Part shown: one piece after another, positions 1 through 7,923 of the stretch
How the letters are laid out: the number at the start of each line of letters is the position of its first letter
How positions within the stretch are numbered: the stretch's first letter is position 1
NCBI GenBank assembly: GCA_016432445.1
Contig: CP066689.1
Coordinates: 480,001-512,000, forward strand
Direction of reading: 5' to 3'
From: Candidatus Saccharimonadota bacterium
GTDB taxonomy: Bacteria > Patescibacteriota > Microgenomatia > UBA1406 > GWC2-37-13
Length of the DNA stretch: 32,000 nt
Translations under genes and position numbers: made by a program
Notes under the pieces: generated by a model
The model's database searches: none
Seen by the model: only the letters and a program-made list of their open reading frames with translations
Told to the model about the DNA's origin: nothing

Positions 1-2
1 TG

Positions 3-314
3 AAAGGAATTGGAGAATATTTAGGATGGGATGATATTATCTCTCCAACTTTTGTTGTTTACTATGAATATCCTCTATTAAAGAAATTTTCTTTTAAAAA
101 ACTTTATCATTTTGATCTTTATCAGCTTACTGATACTGAAGAGTTTAAATATTTAGGAATAAATGAGATATTAAATGATAAAAATATTTTATGTATTGAA
201 TGGGGCGAAAAAGCAGGGGAGATAATGGAACTTTTAAAAAAGAAATCGAAAATTGTTTATGTGAACATGAAGTATGTTGATGAAAAGAAAAGAAAAATAA
301 TAGTTAATTATTAA
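3..314 (+). CDS. tsaE: tRNA t6A37 biosynthesis ATPase TsaE (YjeE family), C-terminal part; the 5' end lies outside the window
   Basis: The frame is open from the window edge to TAA at 312-314. The translation (..ISPTFVVYYEY..LYHFDLYQL..ILCIEWGEKAGE..) carries the SPTF and HxDLY(R/Q)L motifs typical of TsaE. It ends 4 nt before tsaD. Confidence 0.7.
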   Translation, partial: KGIGEYLGWDDIISPTFVVYYEYPLLKKFSFKKLYHFDLYQLTDTEEFKYLGINEILNDKNILCIEWGEKAGEIMELLKKKSKIVYVNMKYVDEKKRKIIVNY

Positions 315-318
315 ATTT

Positions 319-1407
319 ATGAAAATTTTAGCAATTGATACATCTTGTGATGAAACATCAGCCGCGGTTGTTGATGGCAGGCGGGTTTTATCAAACGTCA
401 TTTATTCCCAGGTGCTTTTGCATAAAAAGTGGGGTGGAGTAGTGCCTTCAATTGCCAAGCGGGCTCATGAAGAAAGAATTGATTTTGTGGTTGATGAGGC
501 ATTAAAAAAATCCAAATTTCAAATTTCAAATGTCAAACATTCATTTGACATTTGTCATTTAGATTTTGACATTAAAAATTCAATGAGCAAGATTGATTAC
601 CTTGCCGTTACCTATGGCCCTGGGTTGGCAGTGGCGCTTGAGGTTGGTATAAAAAAAGTAAAAGAATTATCAAAAAAATATAATAAGAAAATAATTCCGG
701 TAAATCATATGGAGGGGCATATTTATTCCTGTTTTACTCAAAATAGCAAAGGAAATCCCAAAAGAGAATTTACATTTCCTTATTTAGTTCTTTTAGTTTC
801 TGGCGGTCATACGGAGATAGTTTTATGGAAAGATTATCTTGATTTTCAAATCATTGGCAAAACCACGGATGATGCAGCTGGCGAAGCATTGGATAAAGCG
901 GCAAAAATGTTAGGTCTTGGTTACCCTGGAGGACCAGTTATTGAGAGATTAGCTGAGGAAGCAGGAAATGTTGATCCTTACAAATTTCCCCGTCCAATGA
1001 GAAAATCAGGAGATTTAAATTTTTCTTTCTCCGGATTAAAAACAGCTTTTTATTATTTCTTGCAAAAAATGCCGGAGGAAGAAAAAAATAAAATGATTAA
1101 AGAACTGGTTAGTTCATTCCAAGAAGCGGTTTTTGATTCGTTGCTTATAAAAACTGAAGCGGCTATTAAACAAATAGGAATTATTAATTTAGTTGTGGCC
1201 GGTGGAGTAGCAGCCAATCGTGAACTTAGAAAAAGAATGAAAAATTTAGCTAAAAAATATAAAGGCTCTGTCGTTTATCCTCCTTATAAATATTTAAACG
1301 GTGATAATGCGGCCATGATCGGCGTCGCCGCTTTCTTTAAAGCAAAGGCGGGAATATTTGTTAAACATATCGAAGCTTTCGACCGCATCCCAAGATTGAG
1401 TTTATAA
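319..1407 (+). CDS. tsaD: tRNA N6-adenosine threonylcarbamoyltransferase TsaD (Kae1/Gcp family)
   Basis: The N-terminus is MKILAIDTSCDETSAAVV. The metal-binding motif NHMEGH, SGGHTE and the C-terminal AGGVAAN motif are all present. Length is 362 aa. A roughly 21-aa repeat-encoded insertion lies at 513-575. Confidence 0.95.
   Translation: MKILAIDTSCDETSAAVVDGRRVLSNVIYSQVLLHKKWGGVVPSIAKRAHEERIDFVVDEALKKSKFQISNVKHSFDICHLDFDIKNSMSKIDYLAVTYGPGLAVALEVGIKKVKELSKKYNKKIIPVNHMEGHIYSCFTQNSKGNPKREFTFPYLVLLVSGGHTEIVLWKDYLDFQIIGKTTDDAAGEALDKAAKMLGLGYPGGPVIERLAEEAGNVDPYKFPRPMRKSGDLNFSFSGLKTAFYYFLQKMPEEEKNKMIKELVSSFQEAVFDSLLIKTEAAIKQIGIINLVVAGGVAANRELRKRMKNLAKKYKGSVVYPPYKYLNGDNAAMIGVAAFFKAKAGIFVKHIEAFDRIPRLSL
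513..575. repeat. Nine 7-nt-phased repeat units forming an inverted array, in frame inside tsaD
   Basis: The units are caaattt caaattt caaatgt caaacat tcatttg acatttg tcattta gattttg acattaa (9 x 7 = 63 nt = 21 codons). The core palindrome is caaatgtcaaa (527-537) paired with tttgacatttg (544-554). The same 18-mer, caaatttcaaatgtcaaa, occurs at the sufB/sufD junction (10041-10058). Confidence 0.85.
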
Positions 1408-1454
1408 ACTACAAACTCACCTCCGAAGTGAGATAGAGCGTTGTGGCAATACTT

Positions 1455-1476
1455 TCAACTCCAGAGGTTGATTTTT
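1455..1476 (+). terminator. Weak candidate intrinsic terminator downstream of tsaD
   Basis: The stem is tcaac(1455-1459)/gttga(1467-1471), followed by ttttt (1472-1476). The stem is short, and the T-run overlaps the stop codon of the convergent regulator gene. Confidence 0.3.
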
Positions 1477-1975
1477 ATCGTATTTTACCTTGGGATTTCA
1501 TGAAGGCTATGGCACCAAAAGTAATGGCTGCATAGGCAAAACACATTACTCCAGCTTGTGTTCTAGATTTTGCGTCAATTTTTTTATAAATAGATTTTAA
1601 ATGATTGTGTATTGTATTTTTGCTTATTTCCAACTGGGCTGCAATTTCTGTATTGCTATTTTCCTTTCCATCACCTTCTATCATTTTTCCCATGACATCA
1701 CATTCTCTTTCAGTTAAATTACTCACCATTTCTAAATGACTACCTTCGGTCAATTTATTAATGTCGAACCAGTCTTCATCAAGGAAAGCCAATATTGCGG
1801 CAAGACCATTATTTGAATCTGTTGCAAGGCGGGATGGTGTTAAATGATTTTTTACTGTGCCGGATTCTATTCCCATTCTTTCTGCAATCCCATTGTAGGT
1901 TAGTCCTTGCGCTTGTAAAGATAAAGCTTCAAGACGTCTAGGGAAAGGGTTAGGTGCTGTTTTTGCTTTTTCCAT
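1475..1975 (-). CDS. Tandem LuxR/GerE-type helix-turn-helix regulator with a C-terminal hydrophobic segment
   Basis: There are two GerE-like HTH units: LSLQAQGLTYNGIAERMGIESGTVKNHL and LTERECDVM...NTEIAAQLEISKNTIHNHLKSIYKKIDAKSRTQA. The C-terminus, GVMCFAYAAITFGAIAFM, looks like a single TM helix. Confidence 0.7.
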   Translation of the reverse strand: MEKAKTAPNPFPRRLEALSLQAQGLTYNGIAERMGIESGTVKNHLTPSRLATDSNNGLAAILAFLDEDWFDINKLTEGSHLEMVSNLTERECDVMGKMIEGDGKENSNTEIAAQLEISKNTIHNHLKSIYKKIDAKSRTQAGVMCFAYAAITFGAIAFMKSQGKIR

Positions 1976-1991
1976 AGGGATAAATTGGACT

Positions 1992-2000
1992 ATTCTAGCA
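1992..2000 (-). promoter_or_regulatory. Extended -10 promoter element (TGcTAGAAT) for the LuxR-type gene
   Basis: The minus strand reads tgcTAGAAT, followed by 16 nt and then ATG (1975). No SD-like purine run lies in between. Confidence 0.5.
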
Positions 2001-2006
2001 GATTTA

Positions 2007-2035
2007 TTGACAAAATGCTTAAAGCATTTGATAAA
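2007..2035 (+). promoter_or_regulatory. Candidate promoter for mtnP-apt: TTGACA-N17-GATAAA, with a palindrome in the spacer
   Basis: TTGACA is at 2007-2012. The 17-nt spacer aaatgcttaaagcattt has 7-bp inverted arms (2013-2019 and 2023-2029). The -10-like GATAAA is at 2030-2035, and 10 nt then lead to ATG 2046. The TTG used as ORF start in the supplied track is part of this -35 box. Confidence 0.45.
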
Positions 2036-2045
2036 CTATAAAAAT

Positions 2046-2786
2046 ATGAAGATTGGAATAATTGGAGGATCTGGTTTGGATGATCCCAAAATACTAAAAA
2101 ATGCGAAAGAAAAAAAAGTAAAAACAAAATACGGAGAGCCATCTTCTTCTTTAACAACGGGAAAAATTGATGGCGTCGGCGTGGTTATCTTAGCCCGACA
2201 TGGAAAAAAACATAATGTCACTCCAACTGAGATTAACTATTTAGCCAATATTTATGCTCTTAAAGAAGAAAATTGCGACTACATTTTAGCAACGACAGCG
2301 GTAGGTTCATTAAAAGAAGAAATTAAACCGGGTAATTTAGTTTTTCCTGATCAGTTTATTGATTTTACCAAAAGGCGGAAAATGACTTTCTTTCATGATC
2401 AAGTTGTCCATACTCCAATGTCAGAGCCTTTTAGTAATAATTTAAGAGATGCGCTTTGTCAAACTTGTGATGAGTTAAAGTTTACTTACAATAAAGATGT
2501 GACTATCGTCACCATTGAAGGTCCAAGATTTTCAACTAAAGCCGAGAGTAAAATGTTTCGGCAGTGGGGCGCTGATATTATCAACATGTCAACCTGCCCT
2601 GAAGTAATTTTAGCCAATGAACTTGGGATTCCTTATCAGTCAATTGCCATGTCAACTGATTATGATTGCTGGAAGGAAGATGAAGAGCCTGTAAGTTTTG
2701 AGATGGTTTTAAAAAGAATGCAGGAGAATGCCGGCAAAGTTAAAACATTATTACTAAAAGTTATTCCTAAAATTAAATGCCAATAA
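2046..2786 (+). CDS. mtnP: S-methyl-5'-thioadenosine phosphorylase / purine nucleoside phosphorylase (MTAP family)
   Basis: The N-terminus is MKIGIIGGSGL. Also present are ARHGKKH, TTAVGSL, EGPRFSTKAES and INMSTCPEVILANELGIPY, the classical MTAP/PNP-I motifs. The start is placed at ATG 2046 rather than TTG 2007. Confidence 0.9.
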   Translation: MKIGIIGGSGLDDPKILKNAKEKKVKTKYGEPSSSLTTGKIDGVGVVILARHGKKHNVTPTEINYLANIYALKEENCDYILATTAVGSLKEEIKPGNLVFPDQFIDFTKRRKMTFFHDQVVHTPMSEPFSNNLRDALCQTCDELKFTYNKDVTIVTIEGPRFSTKAESKMFRQWGADIINMSTCPEVILANELGIPYQSIAMSTDYDCWKEDEEPVSFEMVLKRMQENAGKVKTLLLKVIPKIKCQ

Positions 2787-3304
2787 AATCCAGGATAAGA
2801 ACTATTCCCGACTGGCCGAAAAAAGGAATTATGTTTCGAGACATAACGACCTTGTTAAAAGACCCTGAAGGATTAAAAATCTGCGTTGAAGATTTTATCA
2901 AGAGATATAAAAATAAAAAATTTGATTTAGTTGTCGGTATTGATTCAAGAGGATTTATTTTAGGGGGAGTTTTGGCTTATGCTTTAGGCAAAGGTTTTGT
3001 GCCGGTGCGCAAAAAAGGCAAACTGCCGGCCGAAACTGAAAGCCAGGAATATCAATTAGAATATGGCACAGATACGGTAGAGATTCACAAAGATGCCATC
3101 AAAAAAGGGCAGAGGGTTATAGTCATTGATGATTTACTGGCAACAGGTGGTACATCACTCGCGGCAATAAAGTTAGTTAAAAAACTTGGAGGAAAAGTAA
3201 TTGAAGCAGGTTTTATTGTTGATTTGCCTGATCTTGGAGGCGGCAAAAAATTAAAAAAAGAAGGAATCAACTACTACGCTCAAGTTGCTTTTGAGGGTGA
3301 ATGA
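2777..3304 (+). CDS. apt: Adenine phosphoribosyltransferase
   Basis: Present are FRDITTLL, GIDSRGFILG, YQLEYG and the PRPP-binding loop VIVIDDLLATGGT. It overlaps the mtnP stop by 10 nt. Confidence 0.92.
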   Translation: MPIKSRIRTIPDWPKKGIMFRDITTLLKDPEGLKICVEDFIKRYKNKKFDLVVGIDSRGFILGGVLAYALGKGFVPVRKKGKLPAETESQEYQLEYGTDTVEIHKDAIKKGQRVIVIDDLLATGGTSLAAIKLVKKLGGKVIEAGFIVDLPDLGGGKKLKKEGINYYAQVAFEGE

Positions 3305-4149
3305 GAGTGATGAAAAATTTGGCCAAACCGTTTAAGTCTAGAAGGATGAGTTAGAGAATAGGCTTTTCTATAAGCTTCTTGTTCCTCGCGGTCCCAAACC
3401 AATTCTTCTCCTTCTCTAAATTGGTATTGACGTTCTTCAGGGAATAACTGATTCATTGATTCTAAGATACATTTAGCGACCGCCTCTAATTTCTCTTCCC
3501 TAGTTTTAGCTTCTTTTAATTTTTGATTAAAATTAATTGGATCACCTACAATCACTTTTATTTTACGCGGCCTAGGAAACCATTTACCAGGCGGTAGAGT
3601 TTTATATGTACCTATTTCAGCAATAGGAATGATTGGAATGTTTATTGCTGAGGCAAGTTTTGTTAACCGTGCTACTCCTTTATCAACCTTTGTTAATCGT
3701 CCATCTCTTGATCGTGTGGCTCCATAAGCAATACAAACATTTGATCCTTGTTTCAAAGTGTCAATTATGATGTTTGAGGTATCGGCATCATTGCCATCTC
3801 TATTGACGGGTAAAGCGCCGCGGGCTCTTAAAATACTTCCTAAGATAGGAACTTTAAAATATGAAGCTTTGGCTGGGAATTTAGTTAAAGGTCTATAAGG
3901 ATCAGCGATCCACAAGCCAGGGACAACATCTTCTAAACTGAAGTGTGAAGTTAAATATAGCGCTGGTCCAGTGGGTGGATATTTTTCATTAGGCGCTTCA
4001 ATGCGGTGATAAATAGTACTTGCTGCTCCAAGAAGTGCCATTCCAAGCATCATTCCGTAATTACCTGAATATTGTCTGTAGCGTTCCTTAATGCTTCTGC
4101 CGTATTTTATGGCTTTCCCAGATGTTCCCAGTTCTGCTTGAGGTGGCAT
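3280..4149 (-). CDS. PlsC-like lysophospholipid/glycerol-phosphate acyltransferase family protein
   Basis: The HX4D acyltransferase motif is present (HFSLED), and AYGATRSRDG resembles the FPEGTRS block. The 3' end overlaps apt convergently by 25 nt. Confidence 0.7.
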   Translation of the reverse strand: MPPQAELGTSGKAIKYGRSIKERYRQYSGNYGMMLGMALLGAASTIYHRIEAPNEKYPPTGPALYLTSHFSLEDVVPGLWIADPYRPLTKFPAKASYFKVPILGSILRARGALPVNRDGNDADTSNIIIDTLKQGSNVCIAYGATRSRDGRLTKVDKGVARLTKLASAINIPIIPIAEIGTYKTLPPGKWFPRPRKIKVIVGDPINFNQKLKEAKTREEKLEAVAKCILESMNQLFPEERQYQFREGEELVWDREEQEAYRKAYSLTHPSRLKRFGQIFHHSHSPSKAT

Positions 4150-4157
4150 AAGGCCAT

Positions 4158-4166
4158 ATTATAACA
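4158..4166 (-). promoter_or_regulatory. Extended -10 promoter element (TGtTATAAT) 8 nt upstream of the PlsC-like start codon
   Basis: The minus strand reads ttgtTATAATatggccttATG. There is no SD, and the predicted transcription start lies within a few nt of the ATG. Confidence 0.55.
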
Positions 4167-4174
4167 AGAAAGCT

Positions 4175-4930
4175 TTATTTTTTGTTTCCTTTTTGCCATT
4201 GGACGCTCGTAAGTAGAGAAGAAAAGACGTCGTCGCCAATGGCGATTTTTATACTATCTAATTCTTTTTTAGTGGGGTTGCGTTTTTGAAAGCGAATATT
4301 GCCAATGTTTTCAATGATTGCCAAAGGCTGTTGCTCATTGCCTTCGCCCATCTCAAGAACTGCCGCAGTAGCTAAAGCATCAGCCACATTTACTTTTTCT
4401 GCATGCATTAGCCTTCCAAAAATATCTGGTTTACCGATGTAGCTGTTGATTGCCCGGAAACCGCTGTGGGCGATAGCAACTCCAGTTACTCCCCATCTTA
4501 AGGGCGTAAGTTTGCTGTCAGTAATTATTATTCCAACGTGATTGAGTTTAAATTTTTTAGCTAAATATTCTCTTATAGAGTTAGCGCTTTTTTGAGGATC
4601 TTTTGGCCATAAAACAAGATACCCTTGGCCATTTGATTCATCAATGCCGGCTGATGCCACCATAATACCTCGATTGATGCTTATCATAAAACCATATTGG
4701 TTAAATTCTCTGGGTAAATAATACTCAGCTTCTTTTTTGGCTAAATTATTCTTTTGTTCTTCAGAAGATTTTTTGACGATTCTTCCCTCACAAATGCTGA
4801 CGATTTTTGAGGTAACGGCAACTACAGATTTTTCGGGCAGGTGAGTAATGTATTTATCTAAGATTTTAAACACATCATTATCTTTCCTTGTGATTTTATA
4901 AGTTTTAACCGGTGTAACTTTCATAACCAC
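4175..4930 (-). CDS. CofE-like (F420-0:gamma-glutamyl ligase family) protein
   Basis: The blocks SAGIDESNG, LWPKDPQKSA, GIIITDS, PLRWGVTGVAIAHSGF, GKPDIFGR and VADALATAAVLEMGEGNEQ.PLAII match the CofE-family pattern as I remember it. Confidence 0.65.
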   Translation of the reverse strand: MVMKVTPVKTYKITRKDNDVFKILDKYITHLPEKSVVAVTSKIVSICEGRIVKKSSEEQKNNLAKKEAEYYLPREFNQYGFMISINRGIMVASAGIDESNGQGYLVLWPKDPQKSANSIREYLAKKFKLNHVGIIITDSKLTPLRWGVTGVAIAHSGFRAINSYIGKPDIFGRLMHAEKVNVADALATAAVLEMGEGNEQQPLAIIENIGNIRFQKRNPTKKELDSIKIAIGDDVFSSLLTSVQWQKGNKK

Positions 4931-5500
4931 TTAGTATACAACGGATCTTAAATTATTTAATAGGTTAGCAAATAGTATGCGGCTACATGTTTGATCTTCA
5001 AATAATTCCGGATGAAATTGAAAACCGTAAATTGGTTTTTCTTTATGTTTAATAATTTCATATCCGTCTTTTGATTGAGCTAATCCAATTAAGTTTTTAG
5101 ATAAAGTTTTAATTGCCCATTTATGACATTCATATACATGGCAATCTTTTATACCTTGAAATAATAGACAATCCTGTAAAACTTCTATTTGTTCAATGCC
5201 TTTTACTTTTGTTTCGAGTCTTTCAATCTCAGCTCCAAAAGCTTGAGCAATTAATTGGGCTCCTAAACAAATTCCGAGTAGTGGAATTTTAGTATTAAGT
5301 ATTAAATTAATTTCTGTTTTATAGCGGTGAGTATGATTTTTAACAGAAAATTTATGTCCGCCCGAAAGAACGATTAAATTTATATTCTCATGAATTATAA
5401 AATCTTCTTCTAATTTTTGAATAGTAATAGAATGTCCTATTAGCAAATTTTTCAGCTGATTTATATGAGCAGATCCATTATTAATAAGAATAATATTCAC
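4931..5500 (-). CDS. Class I glutamine amidotransferase (GATase1, GuaA/PabA-like)
   Basis: The nucleophile elbow is LGICLGAQL and the His-Glu motif is FQFHPE. It starts with GTG, and its stop abuts the start of the CofE-like gene. Confidence 0.8.
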   Translation of the reverse strand: MNIILINNGSAHINQLKNLLIGHSITIQKLEEDFIIHENINLIVLSGGHKFSVKNHTHRYKTEINLILNTKIPLLGICLGAQLIAQAFGAEIERLETKVKGIEQIEVLQDCLLFQGIKDCHVYECHKWAIKTLSKNLIGLAQSKDGYEIIKHKEKPIYGFQFHPELFEDQTCSRILFANLLNNLRSVVY

Positions 5501-5506
5501 ACATAG

Positions 5507-5514
5507 ATTATACT
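5507..5514. promoter_or_regulatory. Overlapping back-to-back -10 boxes in the 14-26 nt divergent spacer
   Basis: The minus strand has TATAAT (5507-5512) 6 nt from GTG 5500. The plus strand has TATACT (5509-5514) 12 nt from ATG 5527. Confidence 0.45.
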
Positions 5515-7467
5515 ATGATAATCAATATGACAGATGAAAAGTTAAATTTATCAAATCCCGTTCTTCCTGACTCAGACGGATATAGGTTACAAACACTTGC
5601 TACTCATTTTGAAAAGAGAAAACCTTATTTTGAAAAAATATGGAAAGAAAAAACTCAGACTTTAATCAATCAGCAACCTCAAGTCGGAGATGGTGAAATA
5701 AATTACGTTCTTTGCGGTTCCAATGTTTATACAGCCTTAGCTATTGCTGATAAATCAGAAGAGATTGTAGTTAAAGATGGAAAGGTTGAAAAAAGAGCAG
5801 TCCAAGTATCACCTTTAACTAAAGCTGGTTTGACAATACCTTTGCTTATTCCCGGAGATGTGGATGCGGTTTCAATAAAGGAAAATTTTGATTTAAAAAT
5901 GCCTTTTGATGTTTCAAAACCTTCCACCAGTTTATTTTGGAAATGTATGCCTGAAGGTATGAGAATGATGGTTCATAGTATAAATGGACAAGAAGTATAT
6001 ACGGTTCATCCTGTTGATAATTTTGTCTTCAGACTAGTAGCCCAATTCATTGGGGGAAGTGACCATTCAATAGATAAAATACCTAAAAAACTTGATCAAA
6101 TTTTGAGATCTTTATCCGAAACATGGTCAATGTCTGAGATTAGGCAAAGAGCGATTGAAGCAATAAAGGCATTAAGTGGTTATAGACAACTGTCAAATGA
6201 ATCTATACAGAAGAGTAAATTTCTCATTGACTTGAATATGAATCAGCCAATTCAATATGAGTCAGAAATAAATGTTGAAGATTTCTTACCATCGACGTAT
6301 GGTCCTTTAAAATTTGCAAGAGAAAGAGGATTAACTGATGAACTTCCAACTTTAACGAATTTTCTTGATTCTCTCTCAGGTTCACATGAAAATGTTTCTA
6401 AAGAATCTCGCGCAGCACGGATAACCAATTACTTAAACTCAAATGAATATATTGATAAGCTTCAAAGATTTGATGAACGACATCGATCAGAAGTAATTGG
6501 ATTAACCACTGAGTATTTTATTCTTCATCCAGATGGTCAAGGCGCTGATGATTTTGTTAGAGATCTTCAAAAGGTAGATTTAGGGGATTATGAAAAGGAT
6601 CATAAAATTTCTAAATTATTAGCTGATTCAATTGCTCAAAGATTAGGAATAAATGACGTGACATCAAGAGAGGCAGTAGAACAAATATATAATTACTACT
6701 TAGATAGTGTCATTGTAAATGGAGTTTATTTTCATAGTTTTAATGGCGCTTTTGAATTATCAATAAGAGCAAATGGTTTAACTACAGATCAACGATTATG
6801 GGACTGGGAAGAATTAAGAAGAATAAGCGAGATTGGGGAAAAAACTGGACGAAGTATGTTATTAGGATGGGGATCACTAAATTCAAAAGGTAATATTTCC
6901 TATGCCTCAACTACGAGAGATTCATATAGGTATGCTGTAGCTTCTCCAGAATGGTTTGCGCAGTTTGTAAGTGAGGGTTTTCATATTCCCAATAATGAGC
7001 CTCAAAAAAAAGCATATTACAGAGGTGATTATGAACAGGCAAAACAAAATATTGAAGAATTATGTAATAAGATGCAATCTTCTCGACAAGAAGACATAGA
7101 TGCTCGAAAGTCTTATTCTAATATCTCAATGGAAGAACGAACGGAAATTCTTAGTTTCTTTGAGAAATATTGGAAAGTGTTTAGAGGAACAAATAGTCAG
7201 CCTTGTTTAGCATTGATTAATTGCAGTATGTTTGATGATGATCCAGTAAATTATCCAGCGCATGTAAAAGAAGATTTTGGTTCTTTAACAGAATATGTAC
7301 GAGATTATATGCACAGTGCTGGTAATAATCCTAAAGTTTTTGAGATAATTAAAAGTTTAAGATACAATATTAGTGGTGGTGTTGACAAACAAACCGAAGT
7401 TAATATTTCTCCTGAAGAAATAGAAATTGTGAAGCTACCTGAATATTCAAAAGTCTTTCCTAAATGA
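5515..7467 (+). CDS. Hypothetical protein, about 646-650 aa, with no recognisable motif
   Basis: This is a long uninterrupted ORF with host-like composition. No signal peptide or TM segment is visible. The alternative start ATG 5527 is favoured if the TATACT box at 5509-5514 is the promoter. Confidence 0.6.
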   Translation: MIINMTDEKLNLSNPVLPDSDGYRLQTLATHFEKRKPYFEKIWKEKTQTLINQQPQVGDGEINYVLCGSNVYTALAIADKSEEIVVKDGKVEKRAVQVSPLTKAGLTIPLLIPGDVDAVSIKENFDLKMPFDVSKPSTSLFWKCMPEGMRMMVHSINGQEVYTVHPVDNFVFRLVAQFIGGSDHSIDKIPKKLDQILRSLSETWSMSEIRQRAIEAIKALSGYRQLSNESIQKSKFLIDLNMNQPIQYESEINVEDFLPSTYGPLKFARERGLTDELPTLTNFLDSLSGSHENVSKESRAARITNYLNSNEYIDKLQRFDERHRSEVIGLTTEYFILHPDGQGADDFVRDLQKVDLGDYEKDHKISKLLADSIAQRLGINDVTSREAVEQIYNYYLDSVIVNGVYFHSFNGAFELSIRANGLTTDQRLWDWEELRRISEIGEKTGRSMLLGWGSLNSKGNISYASTTRDSYRYAVASPEWFAQFVSEGFHIPNNEPQKKAYYRGDYEQAKQNIEELCNKMQSSRQEDIDARKSYSNISMEERTEILSFFEKYWKVFRGTNSQPCLALINCSMFDDDPVNYPAHVKEDFGSLTEYVRDYMHSAGNNPKVFEIIKSLRYNISGGVDKQTEVNISPEEIEIVKLPEYSKVFPK

Positions 7468-7473
7468 TTTCTC

Positions 7474-7502
7474 TTGAAAACTGTCCTCTATTAAGGTAAA
7501 CT
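7474..7502 (+). promoter_or_regulatory. Candidate promoter of the Rrf2-suf operon (TTGAAA-N17-TAAACT)
   Basis: TTGAAA is at 7474-7479 and TAAACT at 7497-7502, separated by a 17-nt spacer. A further 16 nt lead to ATG 7519. Confidence 0.45.
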
Positions 7503-7518
7503 AGTACTTAATTGGTAT

Positions 7519-7920
7519 ATGTTCACTATTAATAATAAATCTGATTACGCATTGCTTTTGGTTTCTCACATTTCCAGTAAAAAGGAGTTTATTCCTTTAT
7601 CCAGGTTAGTTGTAGAAACGAAATTGCCAAAAAGGTTCATTGCCCGCATTGCTGCAGATTTGGCTAGAAACGGAATTTTGGAAAGCAAAGAAGGGAAAGA
7701 CGGCGGCTACCGATTGATGAAAAGTTTAAGTAAAATAAGTCTTTTTGATTTTTTAAGAGTTTTTGAAAAAGATCTACGTTTGGTTAAATGTCAAATTTCA
7801 GGATATCAATGCGATTTTAATAGATTATGTACTCATAAAAATCAATTAAGACAAAAAATAGCCGGTATTTTCGTTAATCAGTTAACCAACTGGACATTGC
7901 AAGATTTAATTAAAAATTAA
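7519..7920 (+). CDS. Rrf2-family transcriptional regulator (IscR/SufR-like), probably Fe-S sensing
   Basis: The N-terminal winged helix is SDYALLLV..IARIAADLARNGILESKEGKDGGYRL. A three-Cys cluster, C-x6-C-x5-C (VKCQISGYQCDFNRLC), sits directly upstream of sufC. Confidence 0.85.
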   Translation: MFTINNKSDYALLLVSHISSKKEFIPLSRLVVETKLPKRFIARIAADLARNGILESKEGKDGGYRLMKSLSKISLFDFLRVFEKDLRLVKCQISGYQCDFNRLCTHKNQLRQKIAGIFVNQLTNWTLQDLIKN

Positions 7921-7923
7921 TGT

